Below are positions 28,591 through 38,709 of a stretch of DNA of 64,000 nucleotides, piece after piece (position 1 is the first letter of the stretch; every line of letters begins with the position of its first letter). The notes under the pieces were generated by a model. It was not told the origin of the DNA, did not search any database, and worked only from the letters and a program-made list of their open reading frames with translations. Both the position numbers and the translations under genes were made by a program. Where the stretch lies: assembly GCA_963826115.1 (NCBI GenBank), contig CAWGVS010000005.1, forward strand, positions 704,001-768,000. The letters are read 5' to 3'. This DNA is from an uncultured Candidatus Rokubacteria bacterium (GTDB lineage: Bacteria > Methylomirabilota > Methylomirabilia > Rokubacteriales > DASRDR01).

Positions 28591-31332
28591 ATGGGCGAAG
28601 ACCAGAGCCTTCCGCGGTCCGGATCGACCCCGCATCCGGCCGGCGGGGCGGATCTCGCCGAGCCGACGGGAGACAGCGCGGCGGCATCCGCCGCGGCGCT
28701 CACCCCGATGATGCGCCAGTACCAGGAGTGGAAGCGGCGCTACCCTGACTACCTGCTCCTGTTCCGCCTCGGCGACTTCTACGAGGCGTTCCACGAGGAC
28801 GCCGCCGTCGCGGCCCGCACCCTCGACATCACGCTCACGTCCCGGCAGAAGGGCGAGGGCGCCATCCCGATGGCCGGGGTTCCCCACCACGCGCTCGACG
28901 TGTACCTCGCGCGACTCGTCCGGGCCGGCTTCAAGGTCGCGATCTGCGACCAGGTGGAGGCGGCGCCGGCCAAGGGGCGGCAGCTCATCCGCCGTGAGGT
29001 GGTGCGGCTCGTCACGCCCGGGACCGTCACGGAGTCGGGGCTTCTCGATGGGCGGCTCAACAACTTCCTCGCCGCGGTCTGGCGCGCGGGCGACCACCTG
29101 GGGGTCGCGCTGGTCGACGTCACGACCGCCGAGTTCTGGGTGGGGGAGTCGACGGACGCCGAGGGGCTGACCGAGGCGCTCCTCCTCCGCCGGCCCGCGG
29201 AGGTGCTGCTCCCGCCGGGGATTCCGCCGGACGATCCGCTGGCCGCGCGTCTTCAGGCGGCGGGCGCCGCCGTGACCGCGCGCGACGCGCCGGCCTTCGG
29301 GCTCCGCGAGGGCGAGGAGCGCCTGCGGGCCCACTTCCGCGTCGCCGCCGTCGAGGGCCTCGGGCTTCCGCGGCGGGGGGGCGCGATCCGCGCGGCGGGC
29401 GCCGTCCTCGGATACCTCCAGGAGACCCAGCAGACGCCGCCCGCGCACCTCACGCGGATCCAGACCCTCGCGCTCGAGGACCACCTGGCGCTCGACGAGA
29501 GCGCCGCGCGCAATCTGGAGCTGGTCGAGAGCCTTCAGGACCGCGGCGGCGCGGGGACCCTCCTCTGGGCGATGGACCGGACCCGCACCGCGATGGGCGG
29601 GCGGCTCCTCCGCCAGTGGCTCCTCCGGCCGCTCCTCCGCGCGCGCGAGGTCGCGGAGCGCCTGGACGCGGTCGGGGCGCTGGTGGAGGCGCCCGCGCTC
29701 CTGGACGAGATCCGCGCGGCGCTCGAGGGCATCGGCGACCTCGCGCGGCTCGCGAGCCGCGTGGCGCTCGGGATGGCCCCCCCGCGCGACCTCGGCGCCC
29801 TTCGCGCCACGCTCGGGGCCTTGCCCGCGCTTCGCGAGCATGCCGAGCGCTCCGCGGACCCGCTGGTGCGCCAGTGCGCGGAGGCCGTGGAGGACCTGGG
29901 CGGCCTCGCGAAGACGCTGGAGTCCGCTCTCGCGGACGACCTGCCCCTCGGCGTCCACGACGGGGGGCTGATCCGCGAGACCTGGAACCCCGCGCTCGCC
30001 GAGGTCCGGCGCGAGGTGCGCGACGCGCGCGCGTGGATCGCGGGGCTCGAGGGTCGGGAGCGCGCCCGCACCGGGATCAACACCCTGCGCGTCCGCTACA
30101 ATCGCGTGTTCGGCTACGGGATCGAGATCCCGAAGAGCCAGGCGCGATCGGCGCCGGCGCTGCCGGAGGAGTACGTGCGCCGGCAGACGCTGGTCGGCGC
30201 CGAGCGCTACGTGACGGCCGAGCTCCGCGAGCAGGAATCGCGGGTCCTCGGTGCCGAGGGCCGCATGAACCGCCTGGAGTTCGAGCTGTTCGACGAGCTC
30301 CGGCGGAGCGTGGCGGGGGAGGCCGAGCGGCTCCTCCGGACGGGACGCGCGGTCGCGACGCTCGACGTGCTGGCCTCGCTCGCGCACGTGGCCCGGGAAC
30401 GCGGCTACGTCCGCCCGACCGTCGACGACGGGGGCGCCATCGACATCCAGGGCGGGCGCCACCCGGTGCTCGAGCTCCGGACCGAGGGCGCGCGCTTCGT
30501 CCCGAACGACACGATGCTGGCGTCGGGCGAGGTCGAGTGCCTGGTGATCACCGGGCCGAACATGGCGGGGAAGTCCACGTACATGCGGCAGGTCGCGCTC
30601 ATCGTGCTTCTGGCCCAGATCGGGAGCTTCGTCCCCGCGGCGAGCGCCCGGGTCGGGGTCGTGGACCGCGTCTTCACCCGCATCGGCGCCCAGGACAACC
30701 TGGCCCGCGGCCACAGCACGTTCCTCGTCGAGATGACGGAGACGGCCGCGATCCTCCGGCACGCGACGCCGCGGAGCCTCATCCTCCTCGACGAGATCGG
30801 CCGAGGCACGTCGACGTTCGACGGTCTCTCGATCGCCTGGGCGGTGGCCGAGTACCTCCACGAGCGCCGGGCCGGCGCGAAGGTTCTCTTCGCGACGCAC
30901 TACCACGAGCTGACGCGGCTGGCCGCCGAGCTGCCCCGGGTGCAGAACGTCCACGTGGCCGTCCGCGAGTGGAAGGACGACATCGTGTTCCTCCACCGCG
31001 TGGTGGCAGGCGGGACGGACCGCTCGTACGGCATCCAGGTGGCGCGCCTGGCCGGGCTGCCCGGGGAGGTGATCGCCCGCGCCCGCGCGCTGCTCCGAGA
31101 GTTCGAGCAGGGCGCGCCGGCCCCGGCGGCGCCGGCGGGCTCCGACGCGGGCCAGCTCGCGCTCTTCGGGGGGCGAGCGGCCCGACCGGACGAGCCAGCT
31201 CTCCCCGCGGCGGGGCCGGCGCGGCACCCCGTGCTCGACGCCCTCGCGGCGCTCGACCCGGAGCGGATGACGCCCATCGAGGCCCTGGCGGCCCTCGACG
31301 AGTTCCGGCGGCGGCTCGCGGACGAGCCGTGA
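28591..31332 (+). CDS. mutS: DNA mismatch repair protein MutS
   Basis: TPMMRQY, FRLGDFYE, GPNMAGKST, STFLVEM, DEIGRGTST, SYGIQVA. Confidence 0.98.
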   Translation: MGEDQSLPRSGSTPHPAGGADLAEPTGDSAAASAAALTPMMRQYQEWKRRYPDYLLLFRLGDFYEAFHEDAAVAARTLDITLTSRQKGEGAIPMAGVPHHALDVYLARLVRAGFKVAICDQVEAAPAKGRQLIRREVVRLVTPGTVTESGLLDGRLNNFLAAVWRAGDHLGVALVDVTTAEFWVGESTDAEGLTEALLLRRPAEVLLPPGIPPDDPLAARLQAAGAAVTARDAPAFGLREGEERLRAHFRVAAVEGLGLPRRGGAIRAAGAVLGYLQETQQTPPAHLTRIQTLALEDHLALDESAARNLELVESLQDRGGAGTLLWAMDRTRTAMGGRLLRQWLLRPLLRAREVAERLDAVGALVEAPALLDEIRAALEGIGDLARLASRVALGMAPPRDLGALRATLGALPALREHAERSADPLVRQCAEAVEDLGGLAKTLESALADDLPLGVHDGGLIRETWNPALAEVRREVRDARAWIAGLEGRERARTGINTLRVRYNRVFGYGIEIPKSQARSAPALPEEYVRRQTLVGAERYVTAELREQESRVLGAEGRMNRLEFELFDELRRSVAGEAERLLRTGRAVATLDVLASLAHVARERGYVRPTVDDGGAIDIQGGRHPVLELRTEGARFVPNDTMLASGEVECLVITGPNMAGKSTYMRQVALIVLLAQIGSFVPAASARVGVVDRVFTRIGAQDNLARGHSTFLVEMTETAAILRHATPRSLILLDEIGRGTSTFDGLSIAWAVAEYLHERRAGAKVLFATHYHELTRLAAELPRVQNVHVAVREWKDDIVFLHRVVAGGTDRSYGIQVARLAGLPGEVIARARALLREFEQGAPAPAAPAGSDAGQLALFGGRAARPDEPALPAAGPARHPVLDALAALDPERMTPIEALAALDEFRRRLADEP

Positions 31333-33071
31333 GCGCCCAGCCGGTCGTCCGCCGGCTCCCCGACGCCGTCGTCAACAAGATCGCGGCCGGCGAGGTCGTC
31401 GAGCGCCCGGCGTCGGTCGTGAAGGAGCTCGTCGAGAACAGTCTCGACGCCGGGGCGACGCGCATCGAGATCGCGCTGCGCGGCGCCGGGCGCCAGCTCA
31501 TCGCGGTGACGGACGACGGGCGCGGCATGCTGCCCGCGGACTGCCTCCTCGCGCTCGAGCGGCACGCGACCTCGAAGCTGCGAACGGAGACCGACCTCGA
31601 CGCGATCGGAACGCTCGGGTTCCGCGGGGAGGCGCTCCCCGCGATCTTCGCGGTCTCGCGGATGTCGCTCCTCTCGCGCGCGGCCGGCGAGGCGCGCGGC
31701 TTCCTCGTGGTGGGGGAAGGCGGCGTCCCGGCCGAGTCCGGCGCCGCCGACGCGCCGCCGGGGACGTCGGTGGAGGTCCGGGACCTGTTCTTCAACACCC
31801 CGGCCCGGGCGAAGTTCCTCAAGAGCCCCGCCACGGAGCAGACCGCCATCGTCCGCGTCGTCACGCAGCTGGCGCTGGCCCACCCGCGGGTCCACGTGCG
31901 CCTTCTCGCGAACGGGCGCGTCCTCATGAGCGCGCCGGCGGCGGGGAGCCTCCGGGAGCGCGTCGGCGGGCTCTACGGCTTCGGGCTCGCGCCGCGGCTC
32001 CTCGACGTGGCGGGGGAGGGAGGGGGCGCGCGGCTCCACGGCGTCGTCGCGCCTCCGGCCCTCGCCCGCAGCCATCGCGACGACATCCACCTGATCGTCA
32101 ACGGCCGCGTCGTGCGCGACACGCTCCTGACGCAGGCGCTCCTCGAGGCCTTTCGGCCCCAGCTCCCGCGCGACCAGTTTCCGCTGGCCGCCATCGCGTT
32201 CGACGTGGATCCGGGCGAGGTCGACGTGAACGTCCACCCCGCCAAGACCTGGGTGCGCTTCCGCCGGCCGCGGGTCCTCTACGGTGTCCTCCTCGACGCG
32301 GTGCGGGCGTCGCTCCGCCAGCTGGACGCGGCGCCGGCGGGACTGGCCGCCCGGGTTGCGGGCGACGAGACGGTCCCCGGGGCCGTCCAGGGACCCGGCC
32401 TTGGCGGGATGCCCACGCCAGCCGGCGGGGACGGCAGCGACGCGGGACAGGCCTCGCTGTTCCGCGAGGGCGAGGCGGGCTACCGCAGCGAGCCCTTCTT
32501 CGGCCGCGTCGTCGGCCAGATCGAGGACACGTTCATCGTGGCCCACACGCCCGACGAGGTCTTCTTCGTGGACCAGCACGTCGCGCACGAGCGTGTCCTC
32601 TTCGAGCGTCTCCGAGCGGAGCTCGACGCGGGCGTCCTCGCGTCGCAGGAGCTCCTGTTCCCGCTGCCCCTCGAGGTCGCGCCGGCGCGGCTCCGGGCGC
32701 TCGAGCGGGCGCGCCCGGAGCTCGAGCGCCTCGGGTTCGCGCTGGAGGGATTCGGAGCCGGCGCCGCTCTCCTCCGAGCGGTGCCCTCGCTCCTCCGGAC
32801 CGAGGACGTGGCCCGCCTGGCCGACGAGCTCGCCCAGGAGCTGGACGAGGACGCGGGGCCGGGCGCCTCGCCCGTCCTGGACCGTCTCCTCGCCTTCGTC
32901 GCGTGCCGCGCGGCGATCAAGGCCCACCAGCCGCTCGCCACCGAGGAGATGGCGCAGGTCCTGACCGACCTCGCCGGGACGGCGACGCCGTACTACTGCC
33001 CACACGGCCGGCCGATCGTCTCGCGGATCCCGCTCGGAGAGATCAAGCGCGAGCTGCGCCGGACCTGGTGA
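31329..33071 (+). CDS. mutL: DNA mismatch repair endonuclease MutL
   Basis: IAAGEVVERPASVVKELVENS, GFRGEAL, DQHVAHER, CPHGRP. Confidence 0.97.
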   Translation: MSAQPVVRRLPDAVVNKIAAGEVVERPASVVKELVENSLDAGATRIEIALRGAGRQLIAVTDDGRGMLPADCLLALERHATSKLRTETDLDAIGTLGFRGEALPAIFAVSRMSLLSRAAGEARGFLVVGEGGVPAESGAADAPPGTSVEVRDLFFNTPARAKFLKSPATEQTAIVRVVTQLALAHPRVHVRLLANGRVLMSAPAAGSLRERVGGLYGFGLAPRLLDVAGEGGGARLHGVVAPPALARSHRDDIHLIVNGRVVRDTLLTQALLEAFRPQLPRDQFPLAAIAFDVDPGEVDVNVHPAKTWVRFRRPRVLYGVLLDAVRASLRQLDAAPAGLAARVAGDETVPGAVQGPGLGGMPTPAGGDGSDAGQASLFREGEAGYRSEPFFGRVVGQIEDTFIVAHTPDEVFFVDQHVAHERVLFERLRAELDAGVLASQELLFPLPLEVAPARLRALERARPELERLGFALEGFGAGAALLRAVPSLLRTEDVARLADELAQELDEDAGPGASPVLDRLLAFVACRAAIKAHQPLATEEMAQVLTDLAGTATPYYCPHGRPIVSRIPLGEIKRELRRTW

Positions 33072-33075
33072 CGCC

Positions 33076-34059
33076 GTGGCACCGGAGCCCGAGGCCCCGG
33101 CGGCGGCCGTGCCGCTCCTCGCGATCCTCGGACCGACCGGCGTCGGGAAGACACGTGTCGCGGGCGCGCTCGCCGAGGAATGGCCGATCGAGGTGGTGAG
33201 CGTGGACTCCCGGCAGGTGTACCGGCGGATGGACATCGGCACCGCCAAGCCCACGCCCGCGGAGCGCCGCGCGGTCCGCCACCACCTGGTCGACGTCGTC
33301 GAGCCTGACGAGGCATACGACGCGGGCCGCTTCGTCCGCGAGGCGGCCGCCGCGATCGAGGACGCACGTCGCCGCGGGCGCCGGCCGATCCTGGTCGGGG
33401 GCACGGGCCTCTACTTCCGGGCGCTCGTGCGTGGGCTTCTCCCGCGCCCGCCCGCCGACCCGGCGCTCCGCGCCACGCTCCAGGCCGAGGCGCGCGCCGC
33501 AGGGTCCGAGTCTCTCCACCGCCGGCTCCGCGACCTCGACCCCGAGGCGGCGACGCGGCTCCACCCGAACGACGCGCTCCGGGTCACGCGGGCGCTCGAG
33601 GTCGCGATCCAGACCGGCGCACCGGGCGAGCGGCGCGGCCCGGGCCGGTGGGCGGAGCGCGCCGCCGCACCGCGCTACCGCATCGTGGGGATTGGGCTCA
33701 CGGCGCCGCGCCCGGCGCTCTACGCGACGCTCGACGCCCGGGTGGACCGCATGCTCGCCGACGGGCTCCTCGACGAGGTCCGCGCCCTCCTGGCGGCGGG
33801 GTACGGTCCGGACCTCCCGGCCATGCGAGGGATCGGCTACCGGCACCTCGGCCCCGTCGTCCGGGAGGGCCGGAGCGTCCAGGCCGCGGTGGCGGCCATG
33901 AAGCGGGACACGCGCCGGTACGCGAAGCGCCAGTGGACCTGGTTCGCGCGCGAGCCGGACCTCGCCTGGGTCGAGACGAGCCCCGGCGACGTGTCGACCG
34001 CGATCGACGCGATCAAGAAAATCGTTGAACGGACGCGGCCTTTCGACTACCCTGGCTGA
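33076..34059 (+). CDS. miaA: tRNA dimethylallyltransferase
   Basis: GPTGVGKT, DSRQVYRRMDIGTAKP, GGTGLY, YAKRQWTW. Confidence 0.96.
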   Translation: MAPEPEAPAAAVPLLAILGPTGVGKTRVAGALAEEWPIEVVSVDSRQVYRRMDIGTAKPTPAERRAVRHHLVDVVEPDEAYDAGRFVREAAAAIEDARRRGRRPILVGGTGLYFRALVRGLLPRPPADPALRATLQAEARAAGSESLHRRLRDLDPEAATRLHPNDALRVTRALEVAIQTGAPGERRGPGRWAERAAAPRYRIVGIGLTAPRPALYATLDARVDRMLADGLLDEVRALLAAGYGPDLPAMRGIGYRHLGPVVREGRSVQAAVAAMKRDTRRYAKRQWTWFAREPDLAWVETSPGDVSTAIDAIKKIVERTRPFDYPG

Positions 34060-34061
34060 GC

Positions 34062-35405
34062 GTGCCGCGCGTAGAGAGGGCTGTCGATCGGGCCATCCTC
34101 ATGGGGCTCCGGCTTCCCCGCCAGAAGCGCTGGGAGGTGGAGGAGTCGATGGAGGAGTTGAGCCGCCTGGCCGAGAGCGCGGGCGCGTCGGTCGTCGCCA
34201 GCGTCGTCCAGGAGCGCACCGAGCGGAACCCGCGGCTCCACTTCGGCAAGGGCAAAGTGGAGGAGGTGCGCGGCCTCGCCCGGGCCCTCGGCGCCGGGCT
34301 CCTGATCTCCGACGATCCACTGACGCCGGTCCAGGAGCGCAATCTGACCCGCGCGCTCGAGCTCCGCGTGATCGACCGGACCGCCCTGATCCTCGACATC
34401 TTCGCCCAGCGGGCGCGGACGAGCGAGGGGAAGCTCCAGGTGGAGCTCGCGCAGCTGACGTATCTCCTGCCGCGCCTCGTGAGGCAGTGGGCCCATCTCG
34501 AGCGGCTCGGAGGCGGAATCGGGACGCGCGGACCCGGTGAGACGCAGCTGGAATCCGACCGGCGCGTCGTGCGACGGCGTATCGGCCAGATCCACGAGGC
34601 GCTGACGGACGTCCAGCGTCACCGGCGACTCCTCCGGACGCACCGGCGCGACGTCGGCCTTTCCGTGGTGGCGCTGGTCGGGTACACGAACGCCGGGAAG
34701 ACGACCCTCCTCAACCGGATCGCCGGCGCGAACGCGCCGACGGCCGACCAGCTGTTCGTGACGCTCGACCCCGCGGCGCGGCTCGTGTCGGGCGGCCGTC
34801 GGGCCCCGTTCGTGCTGACCGACACGGTCGGCTTCATCCAGAAGCTCCCGACCCAGCTCGTCGCCGCCTTCAAGGCGACCCTCGAGGAGCTGGAGGACGC
34901 GCAGCTCCTCCTGCACGTCGTCGACGCGAGTCATCCCCAGGCGCGGGAGCACATGTCGGCCGTCTACCGCGTGCTCGAGGACCTGGGGCTCGAGGACCGC
35001 CCCTCGCTGGTGGTGATGAACAAGATCGACCGCCTGGCGGAGGCGAACGGATTCCTCCGCGAGCTGGAGGTCGAGGGCGCGACGGCGGTATCGGCGCGGA
35101 CCGGGCAGGGGCTGGACACGCTCCTCGCGAGGATCGGCGCGGCGCTCGGCGCGACGCGCTCGACCTGTCGCCTGCGCGTACCCTACGAGCGCGGCGGAGT
35201 CCTGAGTCGCGTGTACGCGCGCGGCCGTGTGCTGGGGCGGGAAGACCGCCCGGACGGAATCTGGCTCGACGTCGAGGTCCCACACGCGCTGGAGGGTCTG
35301 GTGCGACCCTACCGCGTCTCGGGTCCGAATGGTGCCGGCGCGCGAGAGCCCCTCGAGGCCTGGGCGGCCGGTCGTGGAACCACTCTTCAGGAGGCAGGGT
35401 CATGA
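34062..35405 (+). CDS. hflX: GTPase HflX
   Basis: ILDIFAQRA, GGGIGTRGPGETQLE, GYTNAGKT, DTVGF, NKID. Confidence 0.96.
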   Translation: MPRVERAVDRAILMGLRLPRQKRWEVEESMEELSRLAESAGASVVASVVQERTERNPRLHFGKGKVEEVRGLARALGAGLLISDDPLTPVQERNLTRALELRVIDRTALILDIFAQRARTSEGKLQVELAQLTYLLPRLVRQWAHLERLGGGIGTRGPGETQLESDRRVVRRRIGQIHEALTDVQRHRRLLRTHRRDVGLSVVALVGYTNAGKTTLLNRIAGANAPTADQLFVTLDPAARLVSGGRRAPFVLTDTVGFIQKLPTQLVAAFKATLEELEDAQLLLHVVDASHPQAREHMSAVYRVLEDLGLEDRPSLVVMNKIDRLAEANGFLRELEVEGATAVSARTGQGLDTLLARIGAALGATRSTCRLRVPYERGGVLSRVYARGRVLGREDRPDGIWLDVEVPHALEGLVRPYRVSGPNGAGAREPLEAWAAGRGTTLQEAGS

Positions 35406-36637
35406 GAGCGTGGGCGCGAGTGCTCCTGATGTTGGCGGCGGCGGGGATGATCTGGGGCGGGACGGCCGAGGCGCAGCTCTTCGGCCCCAAGGCCACCGTG
35501 ACCAGTCCCACGGACGGGAAGTCGATCGACCAGGCGCAGCAGGAGGCCTACGACGGGCCCAAGGCCCGGGTGGCCGTCTCGCAGTTCAAGGACAAGACCG
35601 GCAAGGGCTGGTGGACCGGTGCGATCGGCGACGGCATGGCCGACATGCTCTCGACCGCCCTGTTTCATTCCAATCGCTACATCCTCCTCGAGCGGCAGCA
35701 GGTCAGCGACGTCCTGCGCGAGCAGGACCTCGGCGCGTCCGGGCGGATCCAGAAGGGCACCGAGGCGCCCATCGGCCAGATCGAGGGCGCGGAGCTCCTG
35801 ATCACCGGCGCCGTGACCGAGTTCGAGGGCGCGGCGTCGGGCGGGGGCGGCGGGATCGGCGGCATCGGCGGGACGGCCGGGCGCGTGCTCGGCGGGATCG
35901 CCGGCGGGATCAAGAAGGCCCACATGGCCATCGACGTCCGCGTGATCGACACGCGGACCTCCCGCGTGGTGGCCGCGACGTCGGTCGAGGGCGAGGCCAC
36001 GGACTTCGCGCTGGGTGGCGCTCTTGCGGGGGCGGGGAGCGGCGGAGCGCTCGGTGGAGCGCTCGGCGGCTGGTCGAAGACGCCCACGGAGAAGGCGCTC
36101 CGGCTCTGCATCCAGGAGGCCGTGAAGTTCATCGTGTCGAAGACGCCGCAGACCTACTACCACTACGGGGCGAGCGGCCAGCCCGTCGCGGCGGCCGCCC
36201 CGAAGGCGGCTCCGGCGGCGGCGCCCGCCGCGGCGGCCGCGACGACGATGGCGGCGGCCGCGCCCGCGGACGCCACCGGGACCCCGTCGGCGCTCAAGGT
36301 CATCCAGACCATCAAGGCCGACCAGGACAAGGCACTGCTCGTCGATCTGAACGAGGCGAGGGTCCGGGGGGCGACCCTGTCCGTCGTGGTGACGCTGCGT
36401 CACACCGGCGGCAAGCCCTCGGCGTGGGTCCTCATCAACGACAAGAAGAGCGGGGTCATGAGCTACGACTCCGGCGAGACGGCCGAGACCATCAAGCTCG
36501 ACGACATAGTGAACTCGGCACTGAAGCCCGGCGAGGTCAGGACCGTCCGCGCGGTGTTCAAGGTGCCGAAGGGCGCCAAGAAGGTCGCGATCACGCTCGG
36601 CGGTGTCGGGACCTTCGACGACGTCGATCTCCAGTAA
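35402..36637 (+). CDS. CsgG/HfaB-family exported protein with an extra C-terminal beta domain
   Basis: Signal peptide; VAVSQF..LSTALFHSNRYILLERQ..EQDL..GAELLITGAVTEFE..IDVRVID; Ala/Pro linker. Confidence 0.8.
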   Translation: MRAWARVLLMLAAAGMIWGGTAEAQLFGPKATVTSPTDGKSIDQAQQEAYDGPKARVAVSQFKDKTGKGWWTGAIGDGMADMLSTALFHSNRYILLERQQVSDVLREQDLGASGRIQKGTEAPIGQIEGAELLITGAVTEFEGAASGGGGGIGGIGGTAGRVLGGIAGGIKKAHMAIDVRVIDTRTSRVVAATSVEGEATDFALGGALAGAGSGGALGGALGGWSKTPTEKALRLCIQEAVKFIVSKTPQTYYHYGASGQPVAAAAPKAAPAAAPAAAAATTMAAAAPADATGTPSALKVIQTIKADQDKALLVDLNEARVRGATLSVVVTLRHTGGKPSAWVLINDKKSGVMSYDSGETAETIKLDDIVNSALKPGEVRTVRAVFKVPKGAKKVAITLGGVGTFDDVDLQ

Positions 36638-36673
36638 CAGGCCCGGTACCGCACGCCGGATCGGCTCGACAGG

Positions 36674-36696
36674 GGGCCCCGGGAGATCCGGGGCCC
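36674..36696 (+). terminator. GC-rich hairpin after the CsgG-like gene
   Basis: GGGCCCCGG-GAGAT-CCGGGGCCC; weak U-tract. Confidence 0.45.
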
Positions 36697-36809
36697 TCGC
36701 CCTTTGCGGCAGCGTTCACGCGGCGCGTCATCCACCCCCGTGGTATGCTGGCGCAGCCTGGCGGGCTCCCAGGGAACGCCACAGGACCGCCCCCCGGCAA
36801 CACACCCCC

Positions 36810-37355
36810 ATGGGTCTAGCAAACTGGCTGACAATCGTACGAATCCTCCTCGTCCCGGTGCTCGTGATCTGCCTGGTCTACAACCGGGTGCTCCTGGCGC
36901 TGAGCACGTTCATCGTGGCGGGGGTGACCGACACGATGGACGGGTACATCGCCCGGACGCGGGGCACGAAGACCCGGCTGGGCGCGTTCCTGGACCCCCT
37001 GGCCGACAAGCTCCTCCTGATCGCGTCCTTCGTCACCCTCACGTACAAGTTCCCGAAGATCCTGCCCTTCTGGCTGACCGCGATCGTGCTGAGCCGTGAC
37101 CTCCTGCTCACCGTCGTCGTGGTGCTGATCATGCTCACCGGCGGCCAGCTGAACCCCACGCCGACCTGGCTCGGCAAGCTCAGCACGGTGGTCCAGATGG
37201 TGACGGTCGGCGTGGCGCTCTTCATCGTCGGAGGCGGGCACGACTTCTGGCTGGTGCGGAAAGGCCTTCTCGTCCTGACGGCGGTGCTCACCGTCGGGTC
37301 CGGCATCCAGTACCTGCTGGTCGCGCCGCGGTACGTGGACTGGGGGAACCGCTGA
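36810..37355 (+). CDS. CDP-alcohol phosphatidyltransferase (PgsA-like)
   Basis: ANWLTIVR, TDTMDGYIAR..T.LG.FLDPLADK; extended -10 TGgTATGCT at 36741-36749. Confidence 0.9.
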   Translation: MGLANWLTIVRILLVPVLVICLVYNRVLLALSTFIVAGVTDTMDGYIARTRGTKTRLGAFLDPLADKLLLIASFVTLTYKFPKILPFWLTAIVLSRDLLLTVVVVLIMLTGGQLNPTPTWLGKLSTVVQMVTVGVALFIVGGGHDFWLVRKGLLVLTAVLTVGSGIQYLLVAPRYVDWGNR

Positions 37356-38698
37356 TGCCGAAGAAGGTCCCCGAGGCGGGCGTCCGCGTGCTGCAGGTGG
37401 ACCCGAAGGGACTCGCCGCGCGCGCCGGGCTCCGGCCGGGCGACCGGCTCCTCCGCGTGAACGGGCAGGGGCTGCGCGATCTCGTCGACTTCCACGCGCA
37501 GGCCGGCGAGGAGGAGCTCGCGATCGACGTCGAGCGCGCCGGGCGGCCGTGCTCGGTCACGCTCGAGCGGAAGTGGGGACAGGACCTTGGCCTCGAGTGC
37601 GAGCCCCCGGTCCCCGCGGAGATCTCGACCTGCGCCAACAAGTGCGTGTTCTGCTTCATCCACCAGCTGCCGAAGGGCCTCCGGAAGAGCCTCTACGTCA
37701 AGGACGACGACTACCGGCTCTCGTTCCTCCACGGGAACTACATCACGCTGACCGACCTCCCCGAGGCCGAGATCCAGCGCATCGTGGACCTCCGGCTCTC
37801 GCCGCTCTACATCTCCGTGCACGCGACGGACCCGGTGCTGCGGCACTTCCTCCTCGGGAGCCCGAAGACGATCCGCGGTGACCTCATGGACCGGATGCGC
37901 CGCCTCGCCGATGCCGGGATCCGGATGCACGCGCAGATCGTGCTCTGCCCGGGGCTCAACGACGGCGCGCCCCTCGAGCAGAGCGTCCGGGAGCTGGGGG
38001 CGCTCCATCCCGGCGTGGCGACGGTGGCCGTCGTCCCGGTGGGCCTCACGCGCCACCGGGACGGTCTCTATCCGCTCCGGTCGATCACTCCCGTCGAGGC
38101 GGCCGCGACCCTCGACGCGATCCACGGCTGGCAGGCGAGCTTCCTCGAGCGCCACGAGACGCGGTTCGTCTTCGCGGCGGACGAGCTCTACCTCCAGGCC
38201 GGCCGCCCGATCCCGCCCGCCGCGGCCTACGAGGGCTTCACGGTCGTCGAGGACGGCGTCGGGCTCGTCCGCCGGTTCGAGGACGACTTCCGGCGCATCG
38301 CAGCCCGGCCCGGACGGCCCCGCTGGCGCGGGGCGCGCGCGGCCACCGTGGTGACGGGCGAGCTCTTCGGCCCGATCCTCCGGCCGCTCCTCGAGCGGCT
38401 CCGCGTGCCGGGCCTCCGCGTCGAGGTCGCCCCGGTGCCGAACGAGTTCTTCGGTCGCGCGATCACGGTGGCCGGGCTCCTGACGGGCCAGGACGTGTCC
38501 CGCGCCCTCACCGGCCGGCCGCTCGGAGACGTGGTCCTGATCCCGCGCGTCGCGCTGACGGAGACGAAGGGCGTCTTCCTGGACGACGTGGCGCCGGAAG
38601 ACCTGTCGGGCCACCTCGGCGCGCCGGTGGTCACCGTGGACGCGAGCGCGCGCGGGCTCGTCGACGGTCTCCTCGGCCGGCCGCCGGCCGCGGCGTAA
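37355..38698 (+). CDS. DUF512 PDZ + radical-SAM-like Fe-S protein
   Basis: PDZ-like N-terminus, CANKCVFC, SLYVKDDDYRLSFLHGNYITLT; precedes der. Confidence 0.9.
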   Translation: MPKKVPEAGVRVLQVDPKGLAARAGLRPGDRLLRVNGQGLRDLVDFHAQAGEEELAIDVERAGRPCSVTLERKWGQDLGLECEPPVPAEISTCANKCVFCFIHQLPKGLRKSLYVKDDDYRLSFLHGNYITLTDLPEAEIQRIVDLRLSPLYISVHATDPVLRHFLLGSPKTIRGDLMDRMRRLADAGIRMHAQIVLCPGLNDGAPLEQSVRELGALHPGVATVAVVPVGLTRHRDGLYPLRSITPVEAAATLDAIHGWQASFLERHETRFVFAADELYLQAGRPIPPAAAYEGFTVVEDGVGLVRRFEDDFRRIAARPGRPRWRGARAATVVTGELFGPILRPLLERLRVPGLRVEVAPVPNEFFGRAITVAGLLTGQDVSRALTGRPLGDVVLIPRVALTETKGVFLDDVAPEDLSGHLGAPVVTVDASARGLVDGLLGRPPAAA

Positions 38699-38709
38699 GG
38701 GGAGATCCG

